A stretch of 64,000 nucleotides of DNA from an uncultured Chlamydiae bacterium (lineage in GTDB: Bacteria > Chlamydiota > Chlamydiia > Chlamydiales > Parachlamydiaceae), in assembly GCA_963830365.1 (NCBI GenBank), contig CAWHMU010000041.1, positions 32,001 to 96,000 on the forward strand, in the 5' to 3' direction. Every line of letters begins with the position of its first letter. Within the stretch, counting starts at the first letter, position 1. This document shows positions 43,785 to 54,925 of the stretch, piece by piece. A program made the position numbers and the translations under genes. A model generated the notes under the pieces. It saw only the letters and a program-made list of their open reading frames with translations, did no database searches and was not told the DNA's origin.

Positions 43785-45528
43785 CGTGGGCTGTCAAAAA
43801 GTTTAGTTATTCATACTAACAATATCTTCAAACAAGAGTTCATAATTCTTCCATATTTGTATTGCGAATTTCAATTTGATCTTGTATAATTAGCTCTCGT
43901 AAACAAGGGGCTGATGGGATGAAAAATAATCAAGAAAGCAACATTGCTAATGAAAATAATCTTCCAAAGAGAATTGATAAGGCGCTTGCATGGCTGACTG
44001 ACAGCCGTAATAAATGGAAAGAAAAATGTATAGAAACCAAGCTTCTATTAAAACGCCAAACTTTTGCAGTCAAGAGACTTAAAGACTGTCGGAACGACTG
44101 GAAATTGACATGCAGCAGACTTAAACAAAAATCGATTGAAAGCAAAGAAAAAATATCATCTCTTCAGAGTAGTGTTGACAAATTAGAATCGCAAATTGAA
44201 ATCTATCGAAACGAAATTCAGATTCTAAAAAAAAGCGATAATCTGCAATTCAGATTTGAAGTCTGAAAGACACTCTTACCAACTGCCACAGTCTTTTTGG
44301 CAATGAAGTGGAAGCAGACTGCTTCTATGCGATTTCGGAATATTTCCTCTGCAATGAAGGTCTTGCAAGAAGAAGATAAAATTGATTGCGCGCCCACTCA
44401 TGAAACATGTATCCAATGGGATCTTAAAATTGGTTTACAAAAGCTAAATCGTCCTAAGGAGGTATCCTCAGATTGGTGTTGGATTGTTGATCATGTCATC
44501 GCGCAAGGGTCCATTGAATGTCTTGCCGTTATGGGTGTTCGTAGCGATGTTTTAAAACAAAGAAATAATTGGACATTGTCGCTTCAAGATCTTGAACCAT
44601 TTGCTTTAATTCCCATGCACCGTTCAACTGGCGAGGAGGTATCGAAGGCATTGTATGGAGTTTCACAAAGGACAGGTGTGGTACCAAGCTCTCTATTATC
44701 CGATAGAGGTTCAGATCTCTGGCTGGGCATATGAGGATTTCAAAAAATGGTTGGTGGCTGTATTGTCACACACTATATGACGTATGTCTAGAGTATGAAA
44801 AGTTGTTTCGAAACGATCTTGATTGGGATTTGTTCAAGGAAAAAGCGAATTACCCAAAAAAACAACTACACTGTACTGCAGGTGCGCATTTTGCACCTCC
44901 AGCCCAAAGGAAAAAGGCCCGATATCACAATGTGGACATTATTATCGGTTGGGCAATGAAAATATTGCAATATGATGGTATATGGGATGAAAAGGTATAT
45001 GAAAAATTGAAGTGGGTTTACAGCTATGAAAAGCAAATCAGGATATGGAGTCAATGGGTTGAGATTGGAAAACACATCCGAGATCAAGTGAGGAAAAGTG
45101 GTTTTGGTTGTGATTCAGAAGAATTAATTATTGAACGCTTATCACCATTACCCATGGCTGAATCATCACAACAACTTGCATGCAATCTTCTTGATTTTGT
45201 ATCTAAAGAATCTTGTCAGCTTCCATCAGGTGTGACAGCACCTGGGTCAACAGAGGTCATCGAATCACTATTCGGATATTTTAAATATGTAAAGAACGGT
45301 TTGTGGGATGGAAATGGAGGAATGGGACGCCTCATTTTAACTATGGCAAGTCGGGTCGGGGAATTAACTTCAGAACTTGTAGAGAACGCTCTTAACAATA
45401 TTCGCCAAAGTGAGCTTGCGCAATGGTTCGCAAATTGCTATTCCAGATAGTCATTTAAATGTTTAATCATGGAAGACTTATGGACACGTACAATTTAGAC
45501 GTCTTTGGAGACTTTTTGACAGCCCACG
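43785..45528 (+). mobile_element. Degenerate unclassified DDE insertion sequence (1744 bp)
   Basis: 18-bp perfect TIR CGTGGGCTGTCAAAAAGT; 5-bp TSD TCTGA. Confidence 0.88.
43919..45450 (+). pseudogene. Fragmented transposase (coiled-coil orfA plus DDE fragments)
   Basis: SRNKWK..., WIVDH, LSDRGSDL, STEVIESLFG..K spread over three ORFs. Confidence 0.75.
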
Positions 45529-45860
45529 TCTGACCCCTATTTCAATTCCCTGCATGTCTCAAATATCAAAATCTGACCTCATTCTAAACAGCGGCAAAGC
45601 TCCGGGGGTGAACGATCGCAAGTCACCTTGTATTGACTCGGTTGCCTGAGGGCTCGTCGGCAAAGACGAGTTGCAGGCGTGGAAATCCATGCAAGCAAAA
45701 TTAATCAGAGACCTGGTTCATTTTCACACATTTTCATTACATTTAGCATGTGTTTTAATAAGATGTTTGTTTTATAATAAAGATTATTAATAATGTTAAA
45801 AATAACATAAACAAAGGTAGTTGTGTTTAATTATGTTAAAAAATACAATGCATTCTTACT

Positions 45861-47882
45861 ATGCTTCCCAAAAAAAAATTCTTCGCAGCCCATGAGGTCG
45901 GGGTAAATCAAGAGGACCTGCCATACATAAATAAAACTACCGGCCGCCTTAAAATCGGCACCGCTGGGCACGAAAAATTTGTGGCTGCCACAAAATTCGA
46001 GGGGCGGAGTCTGCTGTCTCGTTTTTTTGATTGGCTTAAAGGCAATTTTGTCGTGTCGGTTGGTGGTGAGAAATATGTGGTAAACAGGCGAAGCTGGGAA
46101 AAGCGTATCATCAAGCCTTTGCTCAACGAACCAGCTAGTCAGTACAAAACCGTTAATGCTTTGTGTAATAAAATATTGAATAATGATGCCGGTACTAAAA
46201 CACTAGCGCATGATCCCGTTAGAAGCACCCTTTGCGCCAAGCACATCGCCTTTAATAATTTCGAAAAGGCCCTGGAGATTGAACAAGGAATCACCGATCC
46301 CGCTGCTAAAGTCGCTGCCTTAGAAGAGATTTTCGAAAATGTAATCACGACAGATCATTCCCAGGATCATTCTAAGGTCTTTGCGCTGGCTGAGAAGATA
46401 GCGGATAGCCATGACAACAAGACCTTGGCTTATCAGGTCATTGTAGGATTCATTGCTGATCAGGTCGGCAAGAGCATCAATCCCAAGGGAAGTTTAGCAG
46501 CTTGGATGAAGGGCCTTGACAAGATCACAGACATTAAAGATAGGTCTGTTTGCCTAAATAGCTTGGAAGCGGTCCTCATGGAGCAATGCAAAATTAAGGA
46601 TGGCGTGTTCCCTTCAGCAGAGGAAATCGACCTGTTAATACGGTTTGCTGAGCTGACCAAAAATGATCAAATGCGGCAGCGTGTCTTTGATCAGTTCTAT
46701 GCTGATAGTGTCAACTACATAAAGGGTTTGGCAGGCCAAGCCCTGACTGATCAAGAGCGTGCCGCAAATCAAGAGAAAATTGTCGCTTTTATTAAGGTAA
46801 CTACCGAAAAAGGGTGTCCGACTCTTCATAAGGCCTGCTACGAGAGACGAGAAATCTTTGAACCTTTCAAAGGCAAAGAAACCGACGAAAGCTATCGCGA
46901 CAGCTTGTACAAAGCCCTTAGAACAGTTTATGACCAATACTTTGATAATAAATATAATGAGCCTGCAGGCTCGCTTTTAAAAAGAGGCGTCCAGACCGGT
47001 AAAGACGAGAATCAGATCTTGACAGACGGTGTTTGCAATGCTTTGTGTGAAAAGATGTATGACGTCTTGAGTACAACTGACGCCAAGGCGGTGGACGCGA
47101 AGTTGGTATCCCCGGAAATTGAAGTCGGACAGAAAACCCGCTTCGCTCAGGCTAAACATGTTTTACAGACGCTGTTTTCACCATTAAAAATAGCTAGAAT
47201 GCAGCAGCAGGATACAGCTGGTACAGACAGTCTAGTTTCGCCGGTAAACGAGACCCTCAAAGAATCTAAAAAAGCGCCTCAAATGGCAGCCTCTAATATG
47301 GCTAAGGGTTTGTCTTATGAAGAGATCGATAGCATCATTGGTGCATTGATTATACGAGAGTGCCAAATTTTTAAAGACAAGTCAAATATCGTCGTGCCGA
47401 TTTCCCTATATTTTTCAGAGGGATCCGGGCACGCCACACTGCTTCAAATCGATTATCAAAACAAGCTTGCCCGTATTTATGACCCCAATCTAGGCATTAT
47501 GGTCTTTAAAGGCGCCCCGAGTGAGTTGGCAGCAGAAGCTGTCAAAAAATATAAGGAATTGTTAATCCGCTTATACAAAAATGATGTTATCGTGCGTGTT
47601 AAACGTTTTAATTTAATTCCTATGCTTGATGTTGAAGCCATAGTAAAGAAATTAAGCAAAGATGACCAGAAATCAATTAGAAAAATCTACAGCATAAATA
47701 AAAGAATGCTCCATTCCATTCGGATTAGTGGAAATGAAAGTGGATTAGACTTATCACATAACATTATTATTGAAGAAGCTCGAGCTTTGAGAGAGAGAAA
47801 CGATATCGAATTTACACGCCTGCTTGAAGAAATGCGCTTTGGTGACGAAGTTGATAACATGTTACGCAGGTTTTTTAGCTGA
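45861..47882 (+). CDS. Effector-like protein with YopT/C58-type cysteine protease triad
   Basis: DGVCNAL, SGHATLL, IYDPNLG in C-H-D order. Confidence 0.7.
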   Translation: MLPKKKFFAAHEVGVNQEDLPYINKTTGRLKIGTAGHEKFVAATKFEGRSLLSRFFDWLKGNFVVSVGGEKYVVNRRSWEKRIIKPLLNEPASQYKTVNALCNKILNNDAGTKTLAHDPVRSTLCAKHIAFNNFEKALEIEQGITDPAAKVAALEEIFENVITTDHSQDHSKVFALAEKIADSHDNKTLAYQVIVGFIADQVGKSINPKGSLAAWMKGLDKITDIKDRSVCLNSLEAVLMEQCKIKDGVFPSAEEIDLLIRFAELTKNDQMRQRVFDQFYADSVNYIKGLAGQALTDQERAANQEKIVAFIKVTTEKGCPTLHKACYERREIFEPFKGKETDESYRDSLYKALRTVYDQYFDNKYNEPAGSLLKRGVQTGKDENQILTDGVCNALCEKMYDVLSTTDAKAVDAKLVSPEIEVGQKTRFAQAKHVLQTLFSPLKIARMQQQDTAGTDSLVSPVNETLKESKKAPQMAASNMAKGLSYEEIDSIIGALIIRECQIFKDKSNIVVPISLYFSEGSGHATLLQIDYQNKLARIYDPNLGIMVFKGAPSELAAEAVKKYKELLIRLYKNDVIVRVKRFNLIPMLDVEAIVKKLSKDDQKSIRKIYSINKRMLHSIRISGNESGLDLSHNIIIEEARALRERNDIEFTRLLEEMRFGDEVDNMLRRFFS

Positions 47883-47965
47883 GAACGAAACCATGTTTAA
47901 AAAATAATATAAACACAAACTTATTTACAAAACCTAGATACTATAATCAATTATTTTGAGGTGCT

Positions 47966-49385
47966 GTGTCAATTACACCAGTTGAAAATGAGTCCCCAAA
48001 CCCAACTTATAAAACTCTTTCAGGGGTGTTAGTAGAGAAAGATGAGGAACCAAAAAAACTCGGCAAAAAAATGGTTGCAGTCTAAAGAGGACCTGACTCG
48101 GCCTCGGTGTTCTTATCGGGACAATATGGCTAGCCACCTCCAGGTCCATGGCGCCAATCGGGACAACAGAATTGAGGCCTTTTTCTGCCGCCCCATCGGC
48201 CAATGATCTCTTACGGCCAGAGGCTGGGGTTGTTCCATTTGAGAAACCGCCCGGTAATCCTCTTGTGGGGGGAAATACAGCCGATATAGCAGGCAACCAT
48301 CGAGTTCCCGTGGGGGCAGCTGAATCAGAAAAACCAGTCATTAAGGATGATGCTCCGCTAGCTCAAGTGATCATCAATTCGGATGCGGATGCCAATCGGG
48401 GGATCTTCAAAGCCAAACCGGATGTTTTCGACTTTTCGGAATTTAAACAAAAAACCGTTCTGATTCAAGAAGAGTATAAAAAGAAGGGTCATCACACAAA
48501 TGCGTGGTTAACCTGTAAAATTTGGATTGTTCGTTGTATAATGGTACCAGCTTTCTGAGGTCGTAATAAATAGATCTTGCTGTTGTTTTAGGCTGAAAGC
48601 CTGATTTATGAAAGCCTAGGGCAACACCCTAGGTGGGCTTTAAAATAGATTGCAGGCTGTAGGACTGCTCCATAGCAACTTATAAGGCAGGACCTACAGC
48701 CTGCAATTTTATTTTCATGTACCTAGGGCGTTGCCCTAGGCTTTCATAAATCAGGCTTTCAGCCTAAAAACTTTGAGCGGATATGATAATTATGACTCAA
48801 CCAACCACTCATTTGTGTGATGACCCAAAAAGAAGATTGCAGAGCATTATCGTACCCATGGCATTACAAAGGGCAATGAACCGCTTGTCTATACGAAAGA
48901 CCATGAGGAACGTTTTAAACAGTTCCTTATTGAACATCATCAGGTCAAAGAAAGTTCAACCACCTTCTTTGAGCGGAACCTTTGGGGGATGGGCCCACTA
49001 CGCTGGATGGCTTAGACTTTTTTTTCAACCAGGTCAAAAAAGTGATCGGAGTCCTAAATTATCAAATTCAAGAAAACCAAAAAATTGCCGAAAAAGAGCT
49101 GAGTTAAAAGCTAAGAAAATAAATATTCGGGGTAATCCATATAATGAATCTGCATCACCGATAGCTAATATTCCAGGGGTGATATTTGATAACTGGCCGC
49201 TAAAACAGGAAACCAGAAATGTCGTATGGGAACATCTAGTCAAAGAAGGTTTCATTGTTCACAATTCGATGATGAAAGCTATTATTGGTCCGATGGACAT
49301 AAAGCATATTGAATATAGTGTTGAAAAGTATTTTATGAGAATGCGCAGAGTAGGCCAACTACGTTACCGTAGTTGGCCCCTCTAA
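47966..49385 (+). pseudogene. Probable degraded effector-like gene(s) around a palindrome
   Basis: ORF fragments 48148-48558 and 48783-49385 flank the 48586-48769 palindrome. Confidence 0.35.
48586..48769. repeat. 184-bp palindrome (AGGGCGTTGCCCT family)
   Basis: TTTTAGGCTGAAAGCCTGATTTATGAAAGCCTAGGGCAAC ... GTTGCCCTAGGCTTTCATAAATCAGGCTTTCAGCCTAAAA. Confidence 0.9.
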
Positions 49386-49389
49386 GAGT

Positions 49390-49617
49390 TTCTGTTCACA
49401 GGGTCGGAAACCATACATCAGGCCTTCAGCCTGAGTTCTTTATATATTCCACCTAGGGCGTTGCCCTAGGCTTTTATAAATCAGGCTTTCAGCTGAACAC
49501 CGTTCTCAGGGCAACGCCCTGAAATATAACAGCCTAGGGCAACGCGCCCTAGGTAAAACGCACAAATATCTCAGGCTGAAGGTCTGACGTTTAATTTCCG
49601 ACCCCGTGAACGAATAC
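49390..49617. mobile_element. MITE-C copy 1 (~225 bp)
   Basis: TIR GTTCACRGGGTCGGAAA; internal AGGGCGTTGCCCT and AGGCTGAAGGCCT units; inverted copy at 51823. Confidence 0.85.
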
Positions 49618-49829
49618 CAGGATTGCTCCTTTCGTTTCATTGTCGAGTTCGCACTTTATTCAGAACTCTAGATTCACCCTGCTGTAAGGGTGGTTTCTTT
49701 AAGAAACACCTCCTTTAAAGGCCTCGTGTCGCAACAAGATGCCAAGCCTGACCCCATTTTTAATGAGTCCTTGAGTATTTAGGTGCAAAAGCACTATATT
49801 CACAGTCATTTTCAAAAGGAGTATTTTCC

Positions 49830-50420
49830 ATGGAAGGCGCTGTAGAATCAACATCTCCCAAAATCGCGTTGCCAAGCGATTTGTCTGCCGGTTTTAATTA
49901 TGCCTGGACGACAGCCCAAACGATCATTTCCAAAGTCGTGACTGTCGCCAAAGAGTGTTTTATCAATTTGCAGAATAGGGTGAGGGAAACCTCGCTGGAC
50001 CCGACGATTACGGTGATCAGTCGGCAGTCGATGGAAGTGGAAAAAATATTCAACGCGGTCAGCTGCCTGCCCTTTTTGGGCTTCCTCGCCAGTTCAATCC
50101 GCTCTGTCGTGGGGAAAATTCAAATCGCTGCCGGCGCCGCCATTGCCGCGGCCGCCGAAGTGGGGTTGTTCCTGGAAAGCCGAAAAGAGGGCGAAAAATC
50201 CCTGCTAGGCAAATGGCAGACACTTTCCAAATTCGGCATGGAGCATGTCATCCATGGCTGCCTGAACGTGCTGCGCGGCACAAGCGAAGCGCTGCTATCG
50301 TCATATACCTTTGGATTGGGCAACATCGCCTTATTAGCGCCGAATTTGTGCAATAACAGGGAGTTTAAGCCCTATTTTGGCTACGGTACACTGGTGAAGC
50401 CGATAGTGACTACGCCTTAG
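49830..50420 (+). CDS. Hypothetical membrane protein
   Basis: AGGAG RBS; hydrophobic helices. Confidence 0.75.
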   Translation: MEGAVESTSPKIALPSDLSAGFNYAWTTAQTIISKVVTVAKECFINLQNRVRETSLDPTITVISRQSMEVEKIFNAVSCLPFLGFLASSIRSVVGKIQIAAGAAIAAAAEVGLFLESRKEGEKSLLGKWQTLSKFGMEHVIHGCLNVLRGTSEALLSSYTFGLGNIALLAPNLCNNREFKPYFGYGTLVKPIVTTP

Positions 50421-51705
50421 TGTTGCTACCAGGCTGGCCGGTATGCATTAGATTTGCTTGAGAATACATTTTCGGCAAAGGCAATGGCATGGCCCTGTTT
50501 TCTTTGTCTTGGTCAGTGCTTTTTGTTAGCAATGTGGCTATGTCATTTTTAAAACTCACCAGATAACATTTCTGATCCAGTATTAGAGATGGAAGATTTA
50601 TGCGCTGTTGGGCTTGCAAGAGACGGATATCATCGGTAGGCAAGAGGGTATAAGCTTTGTCGTAATCTAATGCGTCAGCTAGAGTTGGCTGCAACAGGTT
50701 TGCCTGCGCATACTGTTCGTATACAGAGTGCAAATCATTAATATTAGCGCCCTTTTGGTCAGCCATTTTTAGTTTATCTAAAAGCGAACTTAAAAACTGA
50801 TGCTGAATGTTATACGATATCTGCGTTAGCTTGCTGTAAAAGAGGCTTTTTATAAATACTTCGGCTTTGTCGCCTAAGTCTGCGATTATCCCATCAGTTT
50901 TACCAGCCATATATTTCAAAGCTTTATCAAAAGCCTCATTTGCCTTGTTCTCGGCCAGCTTCATATCTTCGTGAGCAAGTTTCTGGAAGGCTGCCTCGCA
51001 TTTTTTTTTGAATTCTGCTTTGATGAGGGATTCGACCGGGATGTTATTTTTTGTCGTTTTGGCTTCACATTGTTCTGTTTGGTGTGATTGAGAAGGCATA
51101 ACTGGTTTCATTCTTAGGACCTTTTCCAATGCCAGAATCCGATTCGCCTGCCAGTGTATTTTTGCTTGCCATTCATTAAAATATTCGTCGTGTAAAGCTA
51201 TCTTAGCTCTTTGTTCATCAGAACATGCACCGTCTAATAGCCTTTGATTTATTTTGCAACGCTCGTTTTCGAGATGTCTGGTCTGTTCTGTCAAAATGAT
51301 GAGCTGTTTCGCGGTGCAGGAAGTGTTGGAGGTATTTGCACAAACTTGTTCAAGTTGATGTATACACAGCTTTTGGTAGGCTGATAATTCGCGGAATGAT
51401 TGTTCAGTTGATTTGACTATATCTTTACCCGTAGGTGGGGAAAACGTGGCTTGTAGCGTGTTAGAGCTGATGGGAGTCAGTGGGAGGCGGTTGGCAGATA
51501 CATGGTGCGGTTTTAGAGTAGGGCTGTTTGAGGCTTTCTGCGCAGAGGCGTCAAAAGAAATTTTGCCAAGCTCGGATACTTTATCTTCAGCAGGCATCAA
51601 AGTTTTGTTTATATGCTTGCGTGGGTATTTAGGGGGTAATGCTCGCGAACAGGTATCATCAAACGTGTTTTTAAAAGAGAAACGGTTATGCGAAACTAAA
51701 GTCAT
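50410..51705 (-). CDS. Hypothetical coiled-coil, effector-like protein
   Basis: 431-aa ORF with S/T/P-rich N-terminus. Confidence 0.75.
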   Translation of the reverse strand: MTLVSHNRFSFKNTFDDTCSRALPPKYPRKHINKTLMPAEDKVSELGKISFDASAQKASNSPTLKPHHVSANRLPLTPISSNTLQATFSPPTGKDIVKSTEQSFRELSAYQKLCIHQLEQVCANTSNTSCTAKQLIILTEQTRHLENERCKINQRLLDGACSDEQRAKIALHDEYFNEWQAKIHWQANRILALEKVLRMKPVMPSQSHQTEQCEAKTTKNNIPVESLIKAEFKKKCEAAFQKLAHEDMKLAENKANEAFDKALKYMAGKTDGIIADLGDKAEVFIKSLFYSKLTQISYNIQHQFLSSLLDKLKMADQKGANINDLHSVYEQYAQANLLQPTLADALDYDKAYTLLPTDDIRLLQAQQRINLPSLILDQKCYLVSFKNDIATLLTKSTDQDKENRAMPLPLPKMYSQANLMHTGQPGSNTKA

Positions 51706-51822
51706 AATGGCACCAAGTTTGTTCGTTAATCAACATTACCATAAACATGTTTATAAAGCAATGTTTAAAGGTAATGCTAATACATTAGCGAACATTGCCG
51801 TACATAAGTGTATGCTCATTTA

Positions 51823-52051
51823 GTATCCGTTCACGGGGTCAGAAATTAAACGTCAGGCCTTCAGCCTAAGATATTTGTTTGTTTTACCTAGGGCGTTGCC
51901 CTAGGCTATTATATTTCTGGGCGTTGCCCTGAAAACTTTGTTCAGGCTGAAAGCCTAATTTATAAAATCCTAGGGCAACGCCCTAGGAGGAATATATAAA
52001 AAACTCAGGCTGAAGGCCTGATATATGGTTTCCGACCCCGTGAACGGATAA
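51823..52051. mobile_element. MITE-C copy 2
   Basis: TATCCGTTCACGGGGTC ... GACCCCGTGAACGGATA; reverse complement of copy 1. Confidence 0.88.
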
Positions 52052-52067
52052 CTAATTTATGCATCGC

Positions 52068-52152
52068 TATACCACGCGCGGTTAGGTTGTTTACATTTTG
52101 GCTGCGCCAAAGCCCCGCAGTTAAAATATGAACAACCTAACCGAGCGTGGTA
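52068..52152. repeat. Short palindromic element (family D)
   Basis: TACCACGCGCGGTTAGGTTGTT ... AACAACCTAACCGAGCGTGGTA; fragments at ~26198 and ~61863. Confidence 0.75.
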
Positions 52153-52333
52153 AATCTACTCCGTTCACTTTTGAGAAATGAATCCCAAGCAAGCAAATGG
52201 TATAATGGCTCTTCCGACAAGAGACAGTTTTAGTAAGAATTGTAATACGACAGCACGAGAATTACTGCCATGGCTAAAAGAAAAAGTTGAAAGATATAAG
52301 ACGGCGTTTTAGCTGGCGATGCTAAGGTTTAGA

Positions 52334-54808
52334 TCAGGGGATTTTGTAATTGGGGGGTGATATTTTCTTGCCGATTGGCTGTATCTGCCTCTTCAAGGTC
52401 AGCATCCGATAGATTCTTTCATAAAATTTAGCTTCGGCGGAGCCAGCTTTGGCTTTCATTAGTTTAGTTTTGACTTTGTTTATGACGAGATCAATGATGG
52501 GACGGTTGAACAGTCTGTCGTCATCCAAATAGGCTTGGAGGGAATGTCTTCTGGCAAAGGCCGTAAACTGTTTATAAAGCGTTCTGCCTTCCGCATCTCC
52601 CAGGTATTGTCGGCATAATGCCAAAAGAGCTGCTTTAGCACTAGCCGTGGTGCAATTACCGACTTTTTGGTCCTGCTGGCTGTAGCACTCATTTTTTACA
52701 CGACTTAACTTGAGGCTTTTAAGCATGTCATCAAAAATATGGATATTGGCATATGTGGTTTGTAATTTGCCAAGCAGCTGCGTTGTAATCGCATCTGTGG
52801 GTAGGGAATATATTGTGGACGTATGTTTGGCTGTACGAACGCCGCGATTGCAAACAGTCAGGTATCCATTGTATAAGACCATGGAAATTGCATGATGGAA
52901 TGTGCCGCCTAAGATGATATAAGGCTGAGGCGCCTTGTCATCGGTTATTTTCGATAGCATAGATGTCATCGATTCTGAGCCAAATGGATAGGCATTTTTA
53001 AATGCATTTTGAATTTCTTTTTTGGCTTGGTCAGGCAGCTGTGTATCTTTAACAGCATCGAAAAAGGTATCTACATAGGCTGAGATTGTCTTCATGCACT
53101 GCCATGGCTGCATGCCTTCAAGCATAAATTGATGTTTTTCCCCATTCATACCGATATATTCAGAAACGCCGCGTAACCCCCAGATATGTGCAGCAAATTT
53201 TTCGTGCATTGCTTGATCGCACTGAGCTTGATTTAGGCCAAGCAGTTTGATTACATCTTGATGATTTCTATAAATCGCATGCTGTAAGGCTGTTAAACCT
53301 GTAAAGTCTCTGGCATTAAACTTTAGATCAACCCCCAGTCCTATCAAGAACTGGATGATTGTCAGATCATTATTTTTGATATTTTCGATGGCATGTATCA
53401 ATGGTGTCCTGCCGACATAGTCAATACTGTCAAGACTGCCCCCTAGTTCGATGAGAAGTTTAACCAGACTTAGATTTTTTCGTCTGATGGCATGTATCAG
53501 AGGTGTCATGCCGGCAGAGTCTGCCGTATTGAAATCTGCCTTCAGAGTTGCTAAAAGCCTAATAAGTTCGGGATTGCGAAATCTCACCGCATGTATAAGT
53601 GGTGTAAGACCCTCAGGATCTTTCGCATTAATATCTGCTCCCTGTGTTGAGAGAAACTCGATCATTTTTAGATTTTGTTTAAAGATGGCGTGAATGACTG
53701 GTGTGTTACCTGAAGGGTTTGCCATATTAATATTTGCCCCCTCTGCACAGAGGACAGCAACCAGATCTGAATTGTTTTTATCGATGGCATAGGTCAGTGG
53801 AGTTGAAAAACTGGAAATGGTTGCATCAAGATTGACTCCCATTTTGGCAAGCCATGGCACAATCGTTGGATTATTATTATCGATAGCAAGCGTTAACAAT
53901 GTATTGGATTTTTGGCATTGGTTTATTTTTCCTCGATTCCAAGCGTTGAAGTCGAGATCGATCTGTTCGCTCAAAGATTTATTAGCATTTCTTATCTTAC
54001 AAGTACGAGCATAGTCGGTGTTCAGTTTTGCCGCATCTATTTCGGCTGGTAAATGAAAAGCTGCGGCTGCAGCTTCCAAGGCTGCTAACTCAGAAGTTAG
54101 TTGGTCGTTTGAGGGGATGTTGAAGTCTGTCTTGTCAGAGCATTCTTGAAAAATTGAAGACAATTTTTCAATGACAAGCGCTTTAAATTTAGTGTGGAGA
54201 TTGAAATGACATAAGTTAGCAAAGTAGTAGAAATCATATTCGGAAATCATGTTGTGGTCTGCGCGATGCACAAAAAACACGGCTTCCTTGGTGTCAATGG
54301 CTCGTCTTTTTTCTATCATTGAAATGATTTGTGACAGGGTATCTTCGATGATTTGGAGGGCTGCGCTTTGCTGATCATCATTTAAGGACTTGATGGATAG
54401 GTCGATCTGTTTTGCTAGCTTATCTGCCGTGCCCATAAGACCAGTACGTTTAACAAAAGAGTCAAGGATAGACGCCGCGCTTTTTACATTAGTCTCTTGC
54501 TTATTCGTCTTAAAAACAACGAGCTGTGGTGGCTGATTAAAGTTGATCGGTAAAAGGGCAACTCTGGTGGTTGATGTGCCGGCATTGGCGGTCTCGCTTG
54601 CACGACCCAACGTTAGCGTTTTTGCATTTGCAGAGGATAGGAAGGGACTGAATAGTTTTGATTGAGCATATGCACATATCTGATTTTCATCGTTAAAAGG
54701 GGATTCAGAAGTAAAAGGGGATTCAGAAGATTTTCGCGTGTTAGTAGCAAGGACGATAGGTAATGCCTGTTGTCTGGTTGTGTTGCTGTATGCAGATAAA
54801 GATGACAT
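52334..54808 (-). CDS. Ankyrin-repeat protein with C-terminal cysteine-protease-like domain
   Basis: About 7 G.TPL.HAI repeats; HHAIS...CNRG...Q..GNC. Confidence 0.85.
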   Translation of the reverse strand: MSSLSAYSNTTRQQALPIVLATNTRKSSESPFTSESPFNDENQICAYAQSKLFSPFLSSANAKTLTLGRASETANAGTSTTRVALLPINFNQPPQLVVFKTNKQETNVKSAASILDSFVKRTGLMGTADKLAKQIDLSIKSLNDDQQSAALQIIEDTLSQIISMIEKRRAIDTKEAVFFVHRADHNMISEYDFYYFANLCHFNLHTKFKALVIEKLSSIFQECSDKTDFNIPSNDQLTSELAALEAAAAAFHLPAEIDAAKLNTDYARTCKIRNANKSLSEQIDLDFNAWNRGKINQCQKSNTLLTLAIDNNNPTIVPWLAKMGVNLDATISSFSTPLTYAIDKNNSDLVAVLCAEGANINMANPSGNTPVIHAIFKQNLKMIEFLSTQGADINAKDPEGLTPLIHAVRFRNPELIRLLATLKADFNTADSAGMTPLIHAIRRKNLSLVKLLIELGGSLDSIDYVGRTPLIHAIENIKNNDLTIIQFLIGLGVDLKFNARDFTGLTALQHAIYRNHQDVIKLLGLNQAQCDQAMHEKFAAHIWGLRGVSEYIGMNGEKHQFMLEGMQPWQCMKTISAYVDTFFDAVKDTQLPDQAKKEIQNAFKNAYPFGSESMTSMLSKITDDKAPQPYIILGGTFHHAISMVLYNGYLTVCNRGVRTAKHTSTIYSLPTDAITTQLLGKLQTTYANIHIFDDMLKSLKLSRVKNECYSQQDQKVGNCTTASAKAALLALCRQYLGDAEGRTLYKQFTAFARRHSLQAYLDDDRLFNRPIIDLVINKVKTKLMKAKAGSAEAKFYERIYRMLTLKRQIQPIGKKISPPNYKIP

Positions 54809-54925
54809 AAAAAACCATGTTTTTAAAGTGAAGTAATAATGTACCAAAAAAACGCTTTTACTTCAATAAAATTGGATATTGTAGTTAAGTAGCCTAACCT
54901 AGTATTTGTCAATGACGTGCTGGGA

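Noticed and set aside
48586..52051. CRISPR array from the recurring AGGGCGTTGCCCT units
   Set aside because: The units are inverted and irregularly spaced within palindromes, with no unique spacers and no cas genes.
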